NCBI GenBank assembly: GCA_965217775.1
Contig: CBDCJH010000002.1
Location: 1,120,001-1,184,000 of the forward strand
Direction of reading: 5' to 3'
DNA length: 64,000 nt
Source of the DNA: Acidobacteriota bacterium
GTDB taxonomy: Bacteria > Acidobacteriota > UBA6911 > RPQK01 > JAJDTT01
Shown here in pieces: positions 46,925-56,902 of the stretch. How positions within the stretch are numbered: position 1 is the first letter of the stretch; each line of letters begins with the position of its first letter. The translations under genes and the position numbers were made by a program. The notes beneath the pieces were generated by a model that had not been told where the DNA came from, made no database searches, and was given only the letters and a program-made list of their open reading frames with translations.

Positions 46925-47194
46925 ATGACCTCAACCATCGACAGAGCTGGCCGTATCGTGATTCCCAAGGCGATTCGAGACGCGGCGCGGCTGGAACCGG
47001 GTACCAGAGTCAGATTTCGGGTCGTTTCCGGACGGGTTCAGATTGAACCGGTGCCACTTGAAGTCACGCTTGAGCAGCGCGGTTCACTTGTCGTCGCCGT
47101 TCCGGGCCCGGACCAGCCGGCCTTGAAGGCCTCCACGGTGAAGCGCACGATGGATTTGGTTCATGATCGCGGAGCCGCGAAGGGTGCTTCCTGA
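46925..47194 (+). CDS. AbrB/MazE/SpoVT-family antitoxin-like DNA-binding protein
   Basis: TIDRAGRIVIPKAIRD...LEPG. Confidence 0.85.
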   Translation: MTSTIDRAGRIVIPKAIRDAARLEPGTRVRFRVVSGRVQIEPVPLEVTLEQRGSLVVAVPGPDQPALKASTVKRTMDLVHDRGAAKGAS

Positions 47195-47250
47195 TTGAGT
47201 CGGTGTCTCTGCGACACCAGTCGTCTCGTCTCAGTGTTGTGCCGCCCGCG
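47195..47250 (+). pseudogene. Probable N-terminal stub of a PIN/VapC toxin
   Basis: MSRCLCDTSRLVSVLC resembles the first PIN strand (DTS) directly after the antitoxin, then runs into convergent creD. Confidence 0.5.
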
Positions 47251-47262
47251 TCATTCCCGCCA

Positions 47263-48627
47263 CTACGAAGACCCGGATGATTCAGGAGGCCGAGATCCTG
47301 CCGTGTACCAGTCCACGCGCCGCGTGGCGTACATGATCGCCGCGAGGATGACGAAGAGGCCGAGCGATCCGATGAGAAGAGCATAGTCCTCGTTCATGAG
47401 GAGGATGTAGAGGTAGGCGTAGAGCAGGGCGACGCCGGCGGCGAGAAGCGAGGCAAGCCGTTTACGGTGCAGTACCGCCGCCGAGTACGCCCCCACCAGG
47501 GCGATGATCGATATGCTCGCCATGGCATATGCGAGAGGGAACCCGATGTGCTCGGACAGTGAGAGCTCCAGCAGGTAGAAGAGACAGAGCGCGCCTCCGA
47601 GCATGAGGTATTGGATCGGATGGACGCGAACGCCGACCAGAACTTCAATCAGCCAGACGACGGCGAAGGGGAGAAGGATGAAGAGGAACGCGTACTTTAC
47701 GCTCCGCTCCGCCATCCGATAGTGGTCCACTGGATGGACCAGCTCGACACCGAAGCGTGAGCTGTCGATGGCTTCGCTCATCTTGGCCTCGGCCGTCCAC
47801 GCCTGCGGGTAGTTTCGGCCGAGAAACGGGATCGACCACTTGGCTTGGAAGGCAGTGGCCGACACGGAGCGCTCGGCCGGGAGCCAGTTGCCTTGGAAGC
47901 TGGGATGGGCGTAGTCCGACTGGAGCTCGGCGACGGTTTCCTGCCCGAAGGGAGTGAAGTAGAGACCGAGGCTGCCATTCAGAGAGAGCGGGAAAGAGAA
48001 TTTGAACCTCTCTGATGTGTCCGCCACGGCAACGACTGCGTGGATACCCGCAATCCCGTCCAGGAAGGCTCCGGTTCCCGGAAGAAATGACGCCGGCTGG
48101 CCGTTCCACGACACGGCCGTCTCTTCCTGGATTGCCCGCGCGTCGGATATTCCGACTGCCAGATAGGCTCGCTCCCAGTTGACCGCCGCAGGTTCGACAC
48201 CCAGCTCCGCGAAGCTGGGACGTGCAAACTCGCCTTCGACCGTGAGGCCGAGCCGATAGACCGGGACTGAGAAAATCCCCCGAGAGCGGGTCTCGCTGTC
48301 GATGGAGCCGCGAGTGTGGAGCCGCTCCGGCAGGAAGCTGGCGTTCCGGACCTCGGTGCGGGTGACTTCCTGGCCGCCTGTCGCGAACTCGGTCCAACGA
48401 TGGGTGTAGGGAACGACCAAGGCCGGCCCAGTGATGATCTGGGTGTTTCCCCACTTTGACGAAACCTCCGCCACTGCCTCTTGACGACGCTCTTGGCGCT
48501 CGGAAACCAATTCCGCAATCAGCGCGATCGGAATCTGGAGCAGTAGCGCCAGGAACCCGACCCACAAGAGACGCAGCATCTGAGAACTGCGAAGCGAGGA
48601 TGTCAACCGTTCGATCGAATCTTGCAT
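47263..48627 (-). CDS. creD: Inner membrane protein CreD
   Basis: L.LLLQIP...I..LV.ER, W...Q.ITGP.LVVPY, HPSFQG..LP, ERSVKY..LF, HPIQY, LL.LSLSEHIGF, EDYALL.GS, TRRVDWY. Confidence 0.92.
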   Translation of the reverse strand: MQDSIERLTSSLRSSQMLRLLWVGFLALLLQIPIALIAELVSERQERRQEAVAEVSSKWGNTQIITGPALVVPYTHRWTEFATGGQEVTRTEVRNASFLPERLHTRGSIDSETRSRGIFSVPVYRLGLTVEGEFARPSFAELGVEPAAVNWERAYLAVGISDARAIQEETAVSWNGQPASFLPGTGAFLDGIAGIHAVVAVADTSERFKFSFPLSLNGSLGLYFTPFGQETVAELQSDYAHPSFQGNWLPAERSVSATAFQAKWSIPFLGRNYPQAWTAEAKMSEAIDSSRFGVELVHPVDHYRMAERSVKYAFLFILLPFAVVWLIEVLVGVRVHPIQYLMLGGALCLFYLLELSLSEHIGFPLAYAMASISIIALVGAYSAAVLHRKRLASLLAAGVALLYAYLYILLMNEDYALLIGSLGLFVILAAIMYATRRVDWYTAGSRPPESSGSS

Positions 48628-48742
48628 TGAGTGCGCTCCATAAGCTTAGGGAGGATTCCGAAAAATAGCAGGAAAACGGGCTCCTTGTAACCGTTCCGCT
48701 CTTCGCAGGAGACGGAAAGACCTCCGGTCCCGCTCGCTGAAC

Positions 48743-48778
48743 TGTCCGATTTCGGACAGTCTGTCCCGAAATCGGACA
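48743..48778. promoter_or_regulatory. Tandem palindromic sites, cluster 2 (upstream of creD)
   Basis: TGTCCGATTTCGGACA GTC TGTCCCGAAATCGGACA. Confidence 0.6.
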
Positions 48779-48830
48779 GTTGCAACGGATTTTTCATGGA
48801 GTCACGCGCTGACGCACACGTGGTTTCGGG

Positions 48831-48880
48831 GAGGGCACCCACAAGGGGCGGAAGAGGGCACCCACAAGGGGCGCCCCTAC
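48831..48880. repeat. REP-like tandem, second family
   Basis: GAGGGCACCCACAAGGGGCG twice, ending CCCCTAC. Confidence 0.65.
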
Positions 48881-48994
48881 GTGTCGCACGCGCTCGCCTG
48901 GAATCACGGACGATCGGTGATGATATTTTCATAGCACCCCGGCGAGAACTTTGCGTCAGGTGCCCTTGCCGGGTCTGAGAAAAGCCGGACGGAC

Positions 48995-49049
48995 TGTCCG
49001 AAAACGGACAAACTGTTCGAAATTGGGATGAACTGTCCGAAATCGGACA
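48995..49049. promoter_or_regulatory. Triple palindromic sites, cluster 3
   Basis: TGTCCGAAAACGGACA, degenerate TGTTCGAAATTGGGAT, TGTCCGAAATCGGACA immediately before a GGAGGAG RBS. Confidence 0.6.
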
Positions 49050-49065
49050 CTGGAGGAGAATTTCC

Positions 49066-50688
49066 ATGAGGCCATTCACGAATCGACTCGTTTCGGTAGC
49101 AGCGGCGCTGTTGGTTGGCACCGCCGGCTACACCTGTGCAGCGGGCTCGGAGAGTTCCCTGAAGCCGTCGCCGGACGCCGCCCTCTACGCTTACGGTTAC
49201 CATCAGCGCCCCTACCCGCTGGAACCGGGCCCTCATCTCTTCGTGGATTGGCGCTACGTGAATCCAGGGCACGTGAGTTACACCTACCGGGGAAAGCGGA
49301 TTCAGCGGGACCGGCCCGAGGAGTACGGTCCGGAGATCAACTCCCAGATCGAAGTCCATCCCCGCGACGTCCCCAGCGGGGTCCGGATCGAGGTGCAGCC
49401 GGCGGGCAAGCTGGGGCCTGTGATCCGGAACGACCGCCCGTGGGAGTTCTTCACGCCCTACGTCACCTTGATCCACCACGAAGGTAAGTACCTTCTTTTC
49501 TACAACACCACGACCTACCGGCTCGGCCGGAGCTCGGAAGGCTACATGGTCTGCTACGCCGAGTCCGAGGACGGATTGAACTACCGCAAACCGCCGCTGG
49601 GACAGGTGGAGTTCCAGGGCAGCCGCGAGAACAACCTCGTCCTGGGGCCGGGAGTCTGCAGATACGGGATTCACGGTCCCGCCATCTTCGTGGACCCCAG
49701 CGCCGAGCCGGCCGAGCGCTTCAAGGCCATCTACCAGGCCGCCGTCGACCAGGAGACCGTCGAAAGGCTGAAGGGCGTCCGCCCCGAGTCGGTGACGCCG
49801 GCCTCGAAGGACGGAACGGCTCTCATGGGGGCGGTCTCTCCGGATGGAATCCGGTGGCGGGAGCTGGAAGAGCCGCTCATGGGGCACGTCAGCGACACCG
49901 GGACCACGGCCTACTGGGACCAGCGCCTGGGCCGCTACGTGGGTTACTTCCGGATGGGGTTCTGGGGACGGCGCATGATCGGCCGGGCCGAGACCACCGA
50001 TTTCCGGCGCTGGCCCCGTCCCGAGATGGTGCTGGCCCCCAATCCTTCGGAGGCGGCCTGGGTTGACTACTACACCAACGGAAAAGCGCTCTACCCGGGC
50101 ACCAGCACCATGCACCTCATGTTTCCCATGATCTATCACCGGAACCTGGACACCAGCACGGTCCGGGTGGCCGCCAGCCTGGCGGGGAGGATCTGGAACT
50201 TCCTGCCCGGGGGGCCGGTCCTGGAGCCCGGTCCGGAGGGATCGTTCGATGCCGGTTGCCTCTTTCCAGGGGCCGGGCTGGCCGAGATCCCGGGAGACCG
50301 GGTCATCCTGCCCTACATCGGTTTCGCCGTTCCCCACAAGTTTCCCCGCCTCAGCCCGCTGGGGGAGGTCGCCTTCGCCGTCTGGCCCAAGCAGCGCCTG
50401 AGCGCCCTGGTGGCGGACGAGGTGGGGTCCTTCGTCACCAATCCCCTCTCCAGCCAGGGCAAGACCCTCTGGCTCAACTTCGACGCGGGCCGGAACGGTT
50501 CGGTTCAAGTGGAGGTGGTGGGCGTCGAGGGCAGAACCCTGGCCGAGTGCGATACCCTGTCTGGTGACCGGCTGTCGCAGCAGGTGACCTGGAAGGGCCG
50601 GCCGGATCTGGGAATCGATGCGGGTGAGTCCTTTCGCCTGCGGTTCCGGCTGCGCGGCGCCAAGCTCTTCGCCTTCGAGATGCGTTGA
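49066..50688 (+). CDS. Secreted beta-propeller protein, glycoside-hydrolase-like
   Basis: HLFVDW, DRPWE, CYAESEDGLNYRKP.L, SPDGIRW, RLRFRL..AKLFAFE. Confidence 0.7.
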   Translation: MRPFTNRLVSVAAALLVGTAGYTCAAGSESSLKPSPDAALYAYGYHQRPYPLEPGPHLFVDWRYVNPGHVSYTYRGKRIQRDRPEEYGPEINSQIEVHPRDVPSGVRIEVQPAGKLGPVIRNDRPWEFFTPYVTLIHHEGKYLLFYNTTTYRLGRSSEGYMVCYAESEDGLNYRKPPLGQVEFQGSRENNLVLGPGVCRYGIHGPAIFVDPSAEPAERFKAIYQAAVDQETVERLKGVRPESVTPASKDGTALMGAVSPDGIRWRELEEPLMGHVSDTGTTAYWDQRLGRYVGYFRMGFWGRRMIGRAETTDFRRWPRPEMVLAPNPSEAAWVDYYTNGKALYPGTSTMHLMFPMIYHRNLDTSTVRVAASLAGRIWNFLPGGPVLEPGPEGSFDAGCLFPGAGLAEIPGDRVILPYIGFAVPHKFPRLSPLGEVAFAVWPKQRLSALVADEVGSFVTNPLSSQGKTLWLNFDAGRNGSVQVEVVGVEGRTLAECDTLSGDRLSQQVTWKGRPDLGIDAGESFRLRFRLRGAKLFAFEMR

Positions 50689-50726
50689 GACCGGCGGTTG
50701 TTCGGAAGTTCTGGAGGTTGAGTTCC

Positions 50727-53489
50727 ATGAAGAAACTGGCCGTATTGATCTCTCTGGTCCTGGTCTGGCCCGGCGTTGCCTTCCCCGCGAAGAGCACCGA
50801 CGGCTCCATGGGGTCGCAGATCGACATCCCGTTCGAGAAGTTCGTCCTGCCCAACGGCCTCACCCTGATCGTCCACGAGGACCACAAGGCGCCCATCGTG
50901 GGCGTCAACGTCTGGTACCACGTGGGGTCCAAGAACGAGAAACCGGGGCGCACGGGATTCGCCCACCTCTTCGAGCACCTGATGTTCAACGGGACGGAAC
51001 ACTGGCCCGGCGAGTTCTTCGAGCCCTTGGAGGAGGTCGGCGCCACCGGAATGAACGGCACCACCAACGCCGATCGCACCAACTACTTCGAGAACGTCCC
51101 CAAGAACGCCCTGGACCTGGCCCTGTGGCTGGAGTCGGATCGGATGGGCCACATGCAGGGGGCCATTTCCAAGGAGAAGCTGGACGAGCAGCGCGGCGTT
51201 GTCCAGAACGAGAAGCGCCAGGGGGAGAATCAACCGTACGGCCGGACCTGGACTCTTCTGACCGAGAACACTTATCCGGCCGGCCATCCCTACTCCTGGT
51301 CCACCATCGGCTCCATGGAGGATCTGGACGCCGCCGAGCTGGACGACGTCAAGGAGTGGTTCAAGACCTATTACGGCGCCGCCAACGCGGTGCTGTCCAT
51401 CGCCGGCGACGTCGACGCCCAGGAGGTGAAGAAGAGGGTCGAGCACTATTTCGGAGACATCCCCTCCGGTCCGCCGGTGGACAAACAGGAAGCCTGGATC
51501 GCCAAGATGACGGGGACCCACCGCCAGCAGATGCAGGACCGTGTCCCCCAGGCCCGGATCTACCGGGTCTGGAACGTGCCCCAGTGGGGTACCCGGGAAG
51601 TGGCGATTTTGGGCCTGGCGGGCCGGATCCTGGGGCGGGGCAAGACCTCGCGGCTCTACAAGCGGCTGGTCTACAAGGACCAGATCGCCACGGACGTGTC
51701 GGCTTACGTCTACTCACGCGAACTCGGCGGCCAATTCCAAATGATCTCCACGGCCCACCCGTCCAAGACGCTGGGTGAGGTGGAGCGGGCCCTGGCCGAA
51801 GAGGTGGAGAAATTTATTCAGGAAGGTCCCACCCAGTCGGAGCTCGATCTGGTCAGAACTCAGATATTTGCCGGTTTCGTGCGGGGCTTGGAGCGGGTCG
51901 GCGGGTTTGGAGGCAAGTCCGACACCCTGGCGGCCAACGAGGTCTACGGCGGTTCCCCCGATACCTACAAGAAATATTTCCGGTACCTGGAGGAGGCGAC
52001 TCCGGAGGACCTCCGCGAAGCGGCTCGCGAGTGGCTGTCCGACGGGGATTTCATCCTGGAAGTGCACCCGTTCCCCGAGTACTCGACAGCCGATTCGGGG
52101 GCGGATCGGGACCGGTTGCCGGACGTGGGCGAGCCGCCGCCCGCCGAATTTCCCCGCCTTCGGAAGGCGACCCTGTCCAGCGGTCTGAAGGTGATCCTGG
52201 CCGAGCGCCACGCAGTGCCCATCATCAACTTCCGGTTGCTCATGGATGCCGGATATGCCGCCGATCTGGGCGGACTGGCGGGGACGGCCAACCTGACGGC
52301 GGACATGATGGACGAGGGGACCTCGACTCGCAGCGCACTTGAGATCAGCGAGGAAGCGGCCCGTCTCGGGGCCGGCATCGGCAGCAACGCGTCTCTCGAC
52401 GATTCGACGGTCACGCTGTCCGCGCTCAAGTCGAACCTCGCCGAGTCGCTGGACCTCTATGGCGACGTGGTCTTGAACCCCTCTTTCCCGGGGAAGGAGC
52501 TGGAGCGGCTCCGGCGCCAGCTTCTGGCCCGGATTCAACGGGAGAAGGTCAGCCCGGTCAGCATGGCCTTGCGGGTGATGCCCAAGCTCATCTACGGGGC
52601 GGACCATGCCTACGCGAACCCACTGACCGGGTCCGGAACCGAAGAGACGGCCAAGGCCATCACCCGGGACCAGCTCGCGGATTTCCACGCCACCTGGTAC
52701 CGGCCCAACAACGCCACCCTGATCGTGGTGGGGGATACGACCTTGGCTGAGATCGAACCTCAGTTGGAGCGGGTCTTCAAGGCCTGGCAGAGCGGACCGG
52801 TTCCGGAGAAGCAGGTCGGGCGAGTAGACCACCACTCCCGGTCCCAGGTCTACCTCATGGATCGGCCCGGGTCTCAGCAATCGCTGATTTTTGCGGGGCA
52901 CGTGGCGCCGCCCACCAACAATCCGGACGAGATCGCCCTGATCACCATGAACCGGATCATCGGCGGCAGCTTCACCTCCCGCATCAACATGAACCTGCGG
53001 GAAGAAAAGCACTGGTCCTACGGGGCCCGGACCCTCCTGCTGGGGGCCAAGGGGCAGAGGCCCTTCATCGTCTATGCTCCGGTTCAGACGGACAAGACCA
53101 AGGAATCGGCGGCGGAGATCGACCGCGAGCTCAGGGAATATCGGGGAGATCGGCCGGCGACGGCGGAGGAGTTGGACCGGGCCAAGAAGGCCCAGACGCT
53201 CAGCCTGCCTGGACGGTGGGAGACCTCGGGTGCAGTGGGAGGAACCATCGCCGAGATCGTCCGCTTCGGGCTGGCCGACGACTACTACCGGACCTTTCCC
53301 GGTAAAGTTAGAGCGTTGGACATCCCGGCTATCCAGGCCTCCGCCAACGAGGTAATTCGCCCCGACCAGTTGGTGTGGGTCATCGTCGGCGACCTCTCGA
53401 AGATCGAAGAGGGGGTCCGCGAGCTCAATCTTGGGGAACTGAAACGGCTCGATCAGGACGGAAACGTGATCAACCCTGCCGCGCAGTAA
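50727..53489 (+). CDS. M16 (pitrilysin-family) zinc protease, double-length
   Basis: WYHVGSKNE..GRTGFAHLFEHLMF (HXXEH), NGTT..DRTNY, SRINMNLREEKHWSYG. Confidence 0.95.
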   Translation: MKKLAVLISLVLVWPGVAFPAKSTDGSMGSQIDIPFEKFVLPNGLTLIVHEDHKAPIVGVNVWYHVGSKNEKPGRTGFAHLFEHLMFNGTEHWPGEFFEPLEEVGATGMNGTTNADRTNYFENVPKNALDLALWLESDRMGHMQGAISKEKLDEQRGVVQNEKRQGENQPYGRTWTLLTENTYPAGHPYSWSTIGSMEDLDAAELDDVKEWFKTYYGAANAVLSIAGDVDAQEVKKRVEHYFGDIPSGPPVDKQEAWIAKMTGTHRQQMQDRVPQARIYRVWNVPQWGTREVAILGLAGRILGRGKTSRLYKRLVYKDQIATDVSAYVYSRELGGQFQMISTAHPSKTLGEVERALAEEVEKFIQEGPTQSELDLVRTQIFAGFVRGLERVGGFGGKSDTLAANEVYGGSPDTYKKYFRYLEEATPEDLREAAREWLSDGDFILEVHPFPEYSTADSGADRDRLPDVGEPPPAEFPRLRKATLSSGLKVILAERHAVPIINFRLLMDAGYAADLGGLAGTANLTADMMDEGTSTRSALEISEEAARLGAGIGSNASLDDSTVTLSALKSNLAESLDLYGDVVLNPSFPGKELERLRRQLLARIQREKVSPVSMALRVMPKLIYGADHAYANPLTGSGTEETAKAITRDQLADFHATWYRPNNATLIVVGDTTLAEIEPQLERVFKAWQSGPVPEKQVGRVDHHSRSQVYLMDRPGSQQSLIFAGHVAPPTNNPDEIALITMNRIIGGSFTSRINMNLREEKHWSYGARTLLLGAKGQRPFIVYAPVQTDKTKESAAEIDRELREYRGDRPATAEELDRAKKAQTLSLPGRWETSGAVGGTIAEIVRFGLADDYYRTFPGKVRALDIPAIQASANEVIRPDQLVWVIVGDLSKIEEGVRELNLGELKRLDQDGNVINPAAQ

Positions 53490-53528
53490 GACTGGCGGGC
53501 AGGATCAGGGCCGGTTCCGGGAGGACAC

Positions 53529-54230
53529 ATGAAGATAGGAATTCTGCCGGTAATACTCCTCATCTGCGCCGGATGCAGCGAGCTTGGTGAGATGCAGACG
53601 ACCGGAGCGCGGATCAATACCTTCGACGCCGGCCGGGAGAGCTGGCAGATCTACGACTACACCGGCGGAAGCGGAAACCAGAACGTCTTCTACCTGACCA
53701 GTTGGGAAAAGACGGGCGGAGTCGGAAATTCCGGGTACGTCTGGGCCGATGACTCCCGCTGGCGGATCGACACTCCTGAGGATCCTCACTCGATCCTGCC
53801 TCTGATCCTCTATCACCGGTGGATTGCCGAGGACCTCGAGGAAGGGGCGAGTACAACTCCGCGGCCCACGGGATTTCGGGAGGAGGAAGCCCTCGACCTT
53901 CGGGGAGCCCGGGTGTCGGTCCACCTCCGCGGTGACGATCTGGATCTAAAGGGCGCCGAATGCTACTTCTGGGTCCACTCCGGCGGCACCCGGTGGCACT
54001 ACACGGGCCGTCCGCTCAAGATCCACCACGGGAAATGGGGTCCGCCCGAGCATTTCGTCCTGGTGAACGACGAATCCCTGTGGCACCGGAGTTGGGCCCC
54101 CTCCAGAGCCTCCCTGGATGCGCTGCTCAAGAAAAGCGCCAGCTACGGCTTCTCCTTCGTAGGGTTCTCGGAGGAGGTGACCGGGAAGCTCTCCATGGAC
54201 CAGTTCGAGCTCCACTTGACGAGGCAGTAG
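53529..54230 (+). CDS. Hypothetical lipoprotein
   Basis: GGAGG RBS, lipobox-like ICAGC; coding status supported by a paralogous 3' fragment at 63223 with mostly synonymous differences. Confidence 0.7.
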   Translation: MKIGILPVILLICAGCSELGEMQTTGARINTFDAGRESWQIYDYTGGSGNQNVFYLTSWEKTGGVGNSGYVWADDSRWRIDTPEDPHSILPLILYHRWIAEDLEEGASTTPRPTGFREEEALDLRGARVSVHLRGDDLDLKGAECYFWVHSGGTRWHYTGRPLKIHHGKWGPPEHFVLVNDESLWHRSWAPSRASLDALLKKSASYGFSFVGFSEEVTGKLSMDQFELHLTRQ

Positions 54231-54588
54231 CCACGACCTTCACTTTTCGAAGGGCTTTGGGGTGGGACGTTCCACATTGGCAACAATGGACCGAATCGAG
54301 AGTCCTGATGCGAGTGACTCCGGAGTTGCGTCGCGTGTTCCAGGTGACCACCAACGCGGGTATGTAACTTATTCGTCGGTGATCAGATCGGTCGGGGCCA
54401 GATCGATGCATCGGCTGGCCAAGCGGGGCGTGAGTTGGCGCGCGGTACACCGACCGGGACAGCCGATTCGGAGTCTGTATGTACCGATGGATTCCTGGGG
54501 CAGGTGCCGAGTTCCGGATCCGCAGAATAGGTTCCGATAATATACTTTATTGGACTCTACATCCTGCCTCTGACCCCCTATATTCTCC
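54082..54588 (+). repeat. Diverged ~500-bp direct repeat, copy 1
   Basis: Collinear similarity with 63223-63730 (gene 3' end plus ~360 bp non-coding). Confidence 0.85.
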
Positions 54589-54669
54589 GTTGGCTGGGGC
54601 GCTTGTGAAGGTTCCCTGGGATGGATAGCCGACATTTCTCATGCCTGGCCTGTCCGGTTCTCGATTCCC

Positions 54670-56666
54670 CCCAGATTATTCATCATGCAAACATAAAATG
54701 GGAAAGCGTTCCCGCCATGTCGAGTCGGATCAGAGGGTTACGGGATACCCACATAAAAAGGTCGAGAGCCGCCGTGGGTGAAACGCTATCGTGGTTTTCG
54801 ACTCCGCCTTAATCTTTGGGTTCAGAGGGGTCCGAAACCCTCGCATTTCCAAGGTTTTCTCCCCTTCCAAGGGCGGCAAAAAGAGGCGGCGTGCCCGTCA
54901 TTTGTGGTATAGTTATGGTGTTACAAAAACAACCACAATAAACGGAGCACGCCATGCCTGAGACGATACCGCAGATCCGGCCCTCATTCAACCGATCCCT
55001 CCGCCTCGAGACCCGCCCCGAGTTGCTCAGTGCGGACACGGGAGCCCTGGTGCAGCGGGAGCTGATGGATCGCAGCGGCCTCATCGACTGGTTGACCGGG
55101 CGGTTGCACGATCCGCGACACCCGAGTTCGATCCGCTATCCGCTGTCGGATCTGCTGCGGACTCGACTCCTGCTGCTGGGGCAGGGCTGGCGCGACCAGT
55201 CCGACGCCGACCGCCTGCGTCAGGATCCGAGCTTGCGGGTGGCGAGCCAGACCCGTCGGGGCACGGCGGCCTTGGAGGAGGGCCACGGGCTGGCGTCACA
55301 GCCGACCTTGTCCCGACTACTGGACACGCTCAGCCGGAAGGAGAACCTTCCGGTCCTGCACCAGGCGGTGACGGAGCTGGCGTGCCGTCGGATCGAGATG
55401 ATCGAAGGCCGGCGGCGAAAACGGGGGAAAAAGACCCCACGGAAGAAGAGACGGAAAAAGACGATGTACCTGGACGTGGACGGTCTCCCGGTGGAGGTCC
55501 ATGGGCATCCCCTGGGAAGCGAGTGGAACGGATACTATCGCCAGCGGATGGACCACGGGTTGGTGGCGAGTTGTGCCGAGACGGGGGACCTGATCGACGG
55601 GGAGATTTTTCCGGGAGCCAGCTACCTGGGGAAGAAGGCGCTGAAGTTGACGCTCCGGGTGGTGGACCGCTGTCGGGGGCGTCTGTGCGGCTCGATGATC
55701 GTGCGGATGGATGCGGGGTTCCCGGAGCCGGGGCTACTGAAGGGGCTGGAGTCGAGAAGCGTGCCCTATATCGCTCGAATCCGCAAGAATGAGGTCCTGA
55801 ACCGGATGGCGAAGCCCTACTTGACCCAACCGGCGGGGCGATCCCCGGATGCACCACCGAGGCTCTGGTTCCATGAGCTGACCTATCAGGCGGAGAGTTG
55901 GGATCGGGCGCGCCGGGTGGTGCTGGTGGTGCGGGAGCGACCGGGGGAGTTGTATCCGGATCATTTCTGGTTGCTGACGAGCCTGAGTCGGAAACGATAC
56001 GAGGCTCAGGAGTTGCTGGCGCAGTACCGCAAACGGGGGAAGGCGGAAGGCCACATGGGGGAGTTGATGGACGTGCTCGATCCGGCCTTGTCCTCCGCGA
56101 GCCGGCCCAAGACGCACTATCGGGGGAACCCGCTGAAGCCGGGAGCCAAGCCGGAAGCGACGACGGAGGCCGGAGTTCGACCCCACAACGAAGTCCGGTT
56201 CCTGCTGAATCTGCTGGGGTACGAGATCCTGCACCTGGGTCGGGTGCTGATGGAGCAGGCGACGCGTCGGGGCTGGAGTCTGCGTCGTTTTCGCGAGCGG
56301 GTGTTGCGAGTGGCATCTCGGGCGTTGCGTCAGGGGAGGCGATTGATTTTCGTCATCAGTCAAGGGGCGACGGACTGGAAGCGGTTGTGGCAGAGACTGG
56401 CGCGGGTGTCCTGGGCGCCGGGATAGTGGACGGAGGAGGCATCGGGCCCGTGGAAGGGACCGAAACGGTGGGAATTTCTCACCGGAAAGTCAACCTGTCG
56501 GCGGATGACGGTCCCCCTGGCCGGTAAACGGTTTATGACTGGTTCAATCGTCCTGTTTTTGAGCCGATTCAGTCGAATCGACAGAGGTTCGAGAGAAACC
56601 GGGCTCCGACCGCCAGAAAACGCCGGGTCGGAAGCCCTTATCAACATGTTCCATGAATAATCTGGG
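54670..56666 (+). mobile_element. IS1380-family insertion sequence
   Basis: 14-bp perfect IRs CCCAGATTATTCAT (54670) / ATGAATAATCTGGG (ending 56666). Confidence 0.9.
54954..56426 (+). CDS. IS1380-family transposase
   Basis: LSADTG.L, DPR, D..RLR.DP, LASQPTLSRL, LDVD...VHG, VRMDAGF, YRKRGKAE..MGE. Confidence 0.92.
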   Translation: MPETIPQIRPSFNRSLRLETRPELLSADTGALVQRELMDRSGLIDWLTGRLHDPRHPSSIRYPLSDLLRTRLLLLGQGWRDQSDADRLRQDPSLRVASQTRRGTAALEEGHGLASQPTLSRLLDTLSRKENLPVLHQAVTELACRRIEMIEGRRRKRGKKTPRKKRRKKTMYLDVDGLPVEVHGHPLGSEWNGYYRQRMDHGLVASCAETGDLIDGEIFPGASYLGKKALKLTLRVVDRCRGRLCGSMIVRMDAGFPEPGLLKGLESRSVPYIARIRKNEVLNRMAKPYLTQPAGRSPDAPPRLWFHELTYQAESWDRARRVVLVVRERPGELYPDHFWLLTSLSRKRYEAQELLAQYRKRGKAEGHMGELMDVLDPALSSASRPKTHYRGNPLKPGAKPEATTEAGVRPHNEVRFLLNLLGYEILHLGRVLMEQATRRGWSLRRFRERVLRVASRALRQGRRLIFVISQGATDWKRLWQRLARVSWAPG

Positions 56667-56902
56667 CTGATTCGGGTCGCAACACGCCGTGGCCACTGCC
56701 TCCCTCGGTTAGCCTCATCCGGTGAAAAATTCCGTGTTGTTGCTGCGTACCTCCTGCCCTCTGTGGGGACGTTCCACGGGGGACAGGAGGTCGAAGCCTC
56801 GACAGTGACCAAGAGTGTTTCCGACGGGTAGAGCGATAACGTCAGGGAGGCCCGCGCCTTGAAGATAGGCCCAGTGTTGAAAACTGCGATGGACTCAATT
56901 CC

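Noticed and set aside
48660-48700. Sigma54 promoter for creD
   Set aside because: The best candidate lacks correct GG-N10-GC spacing.
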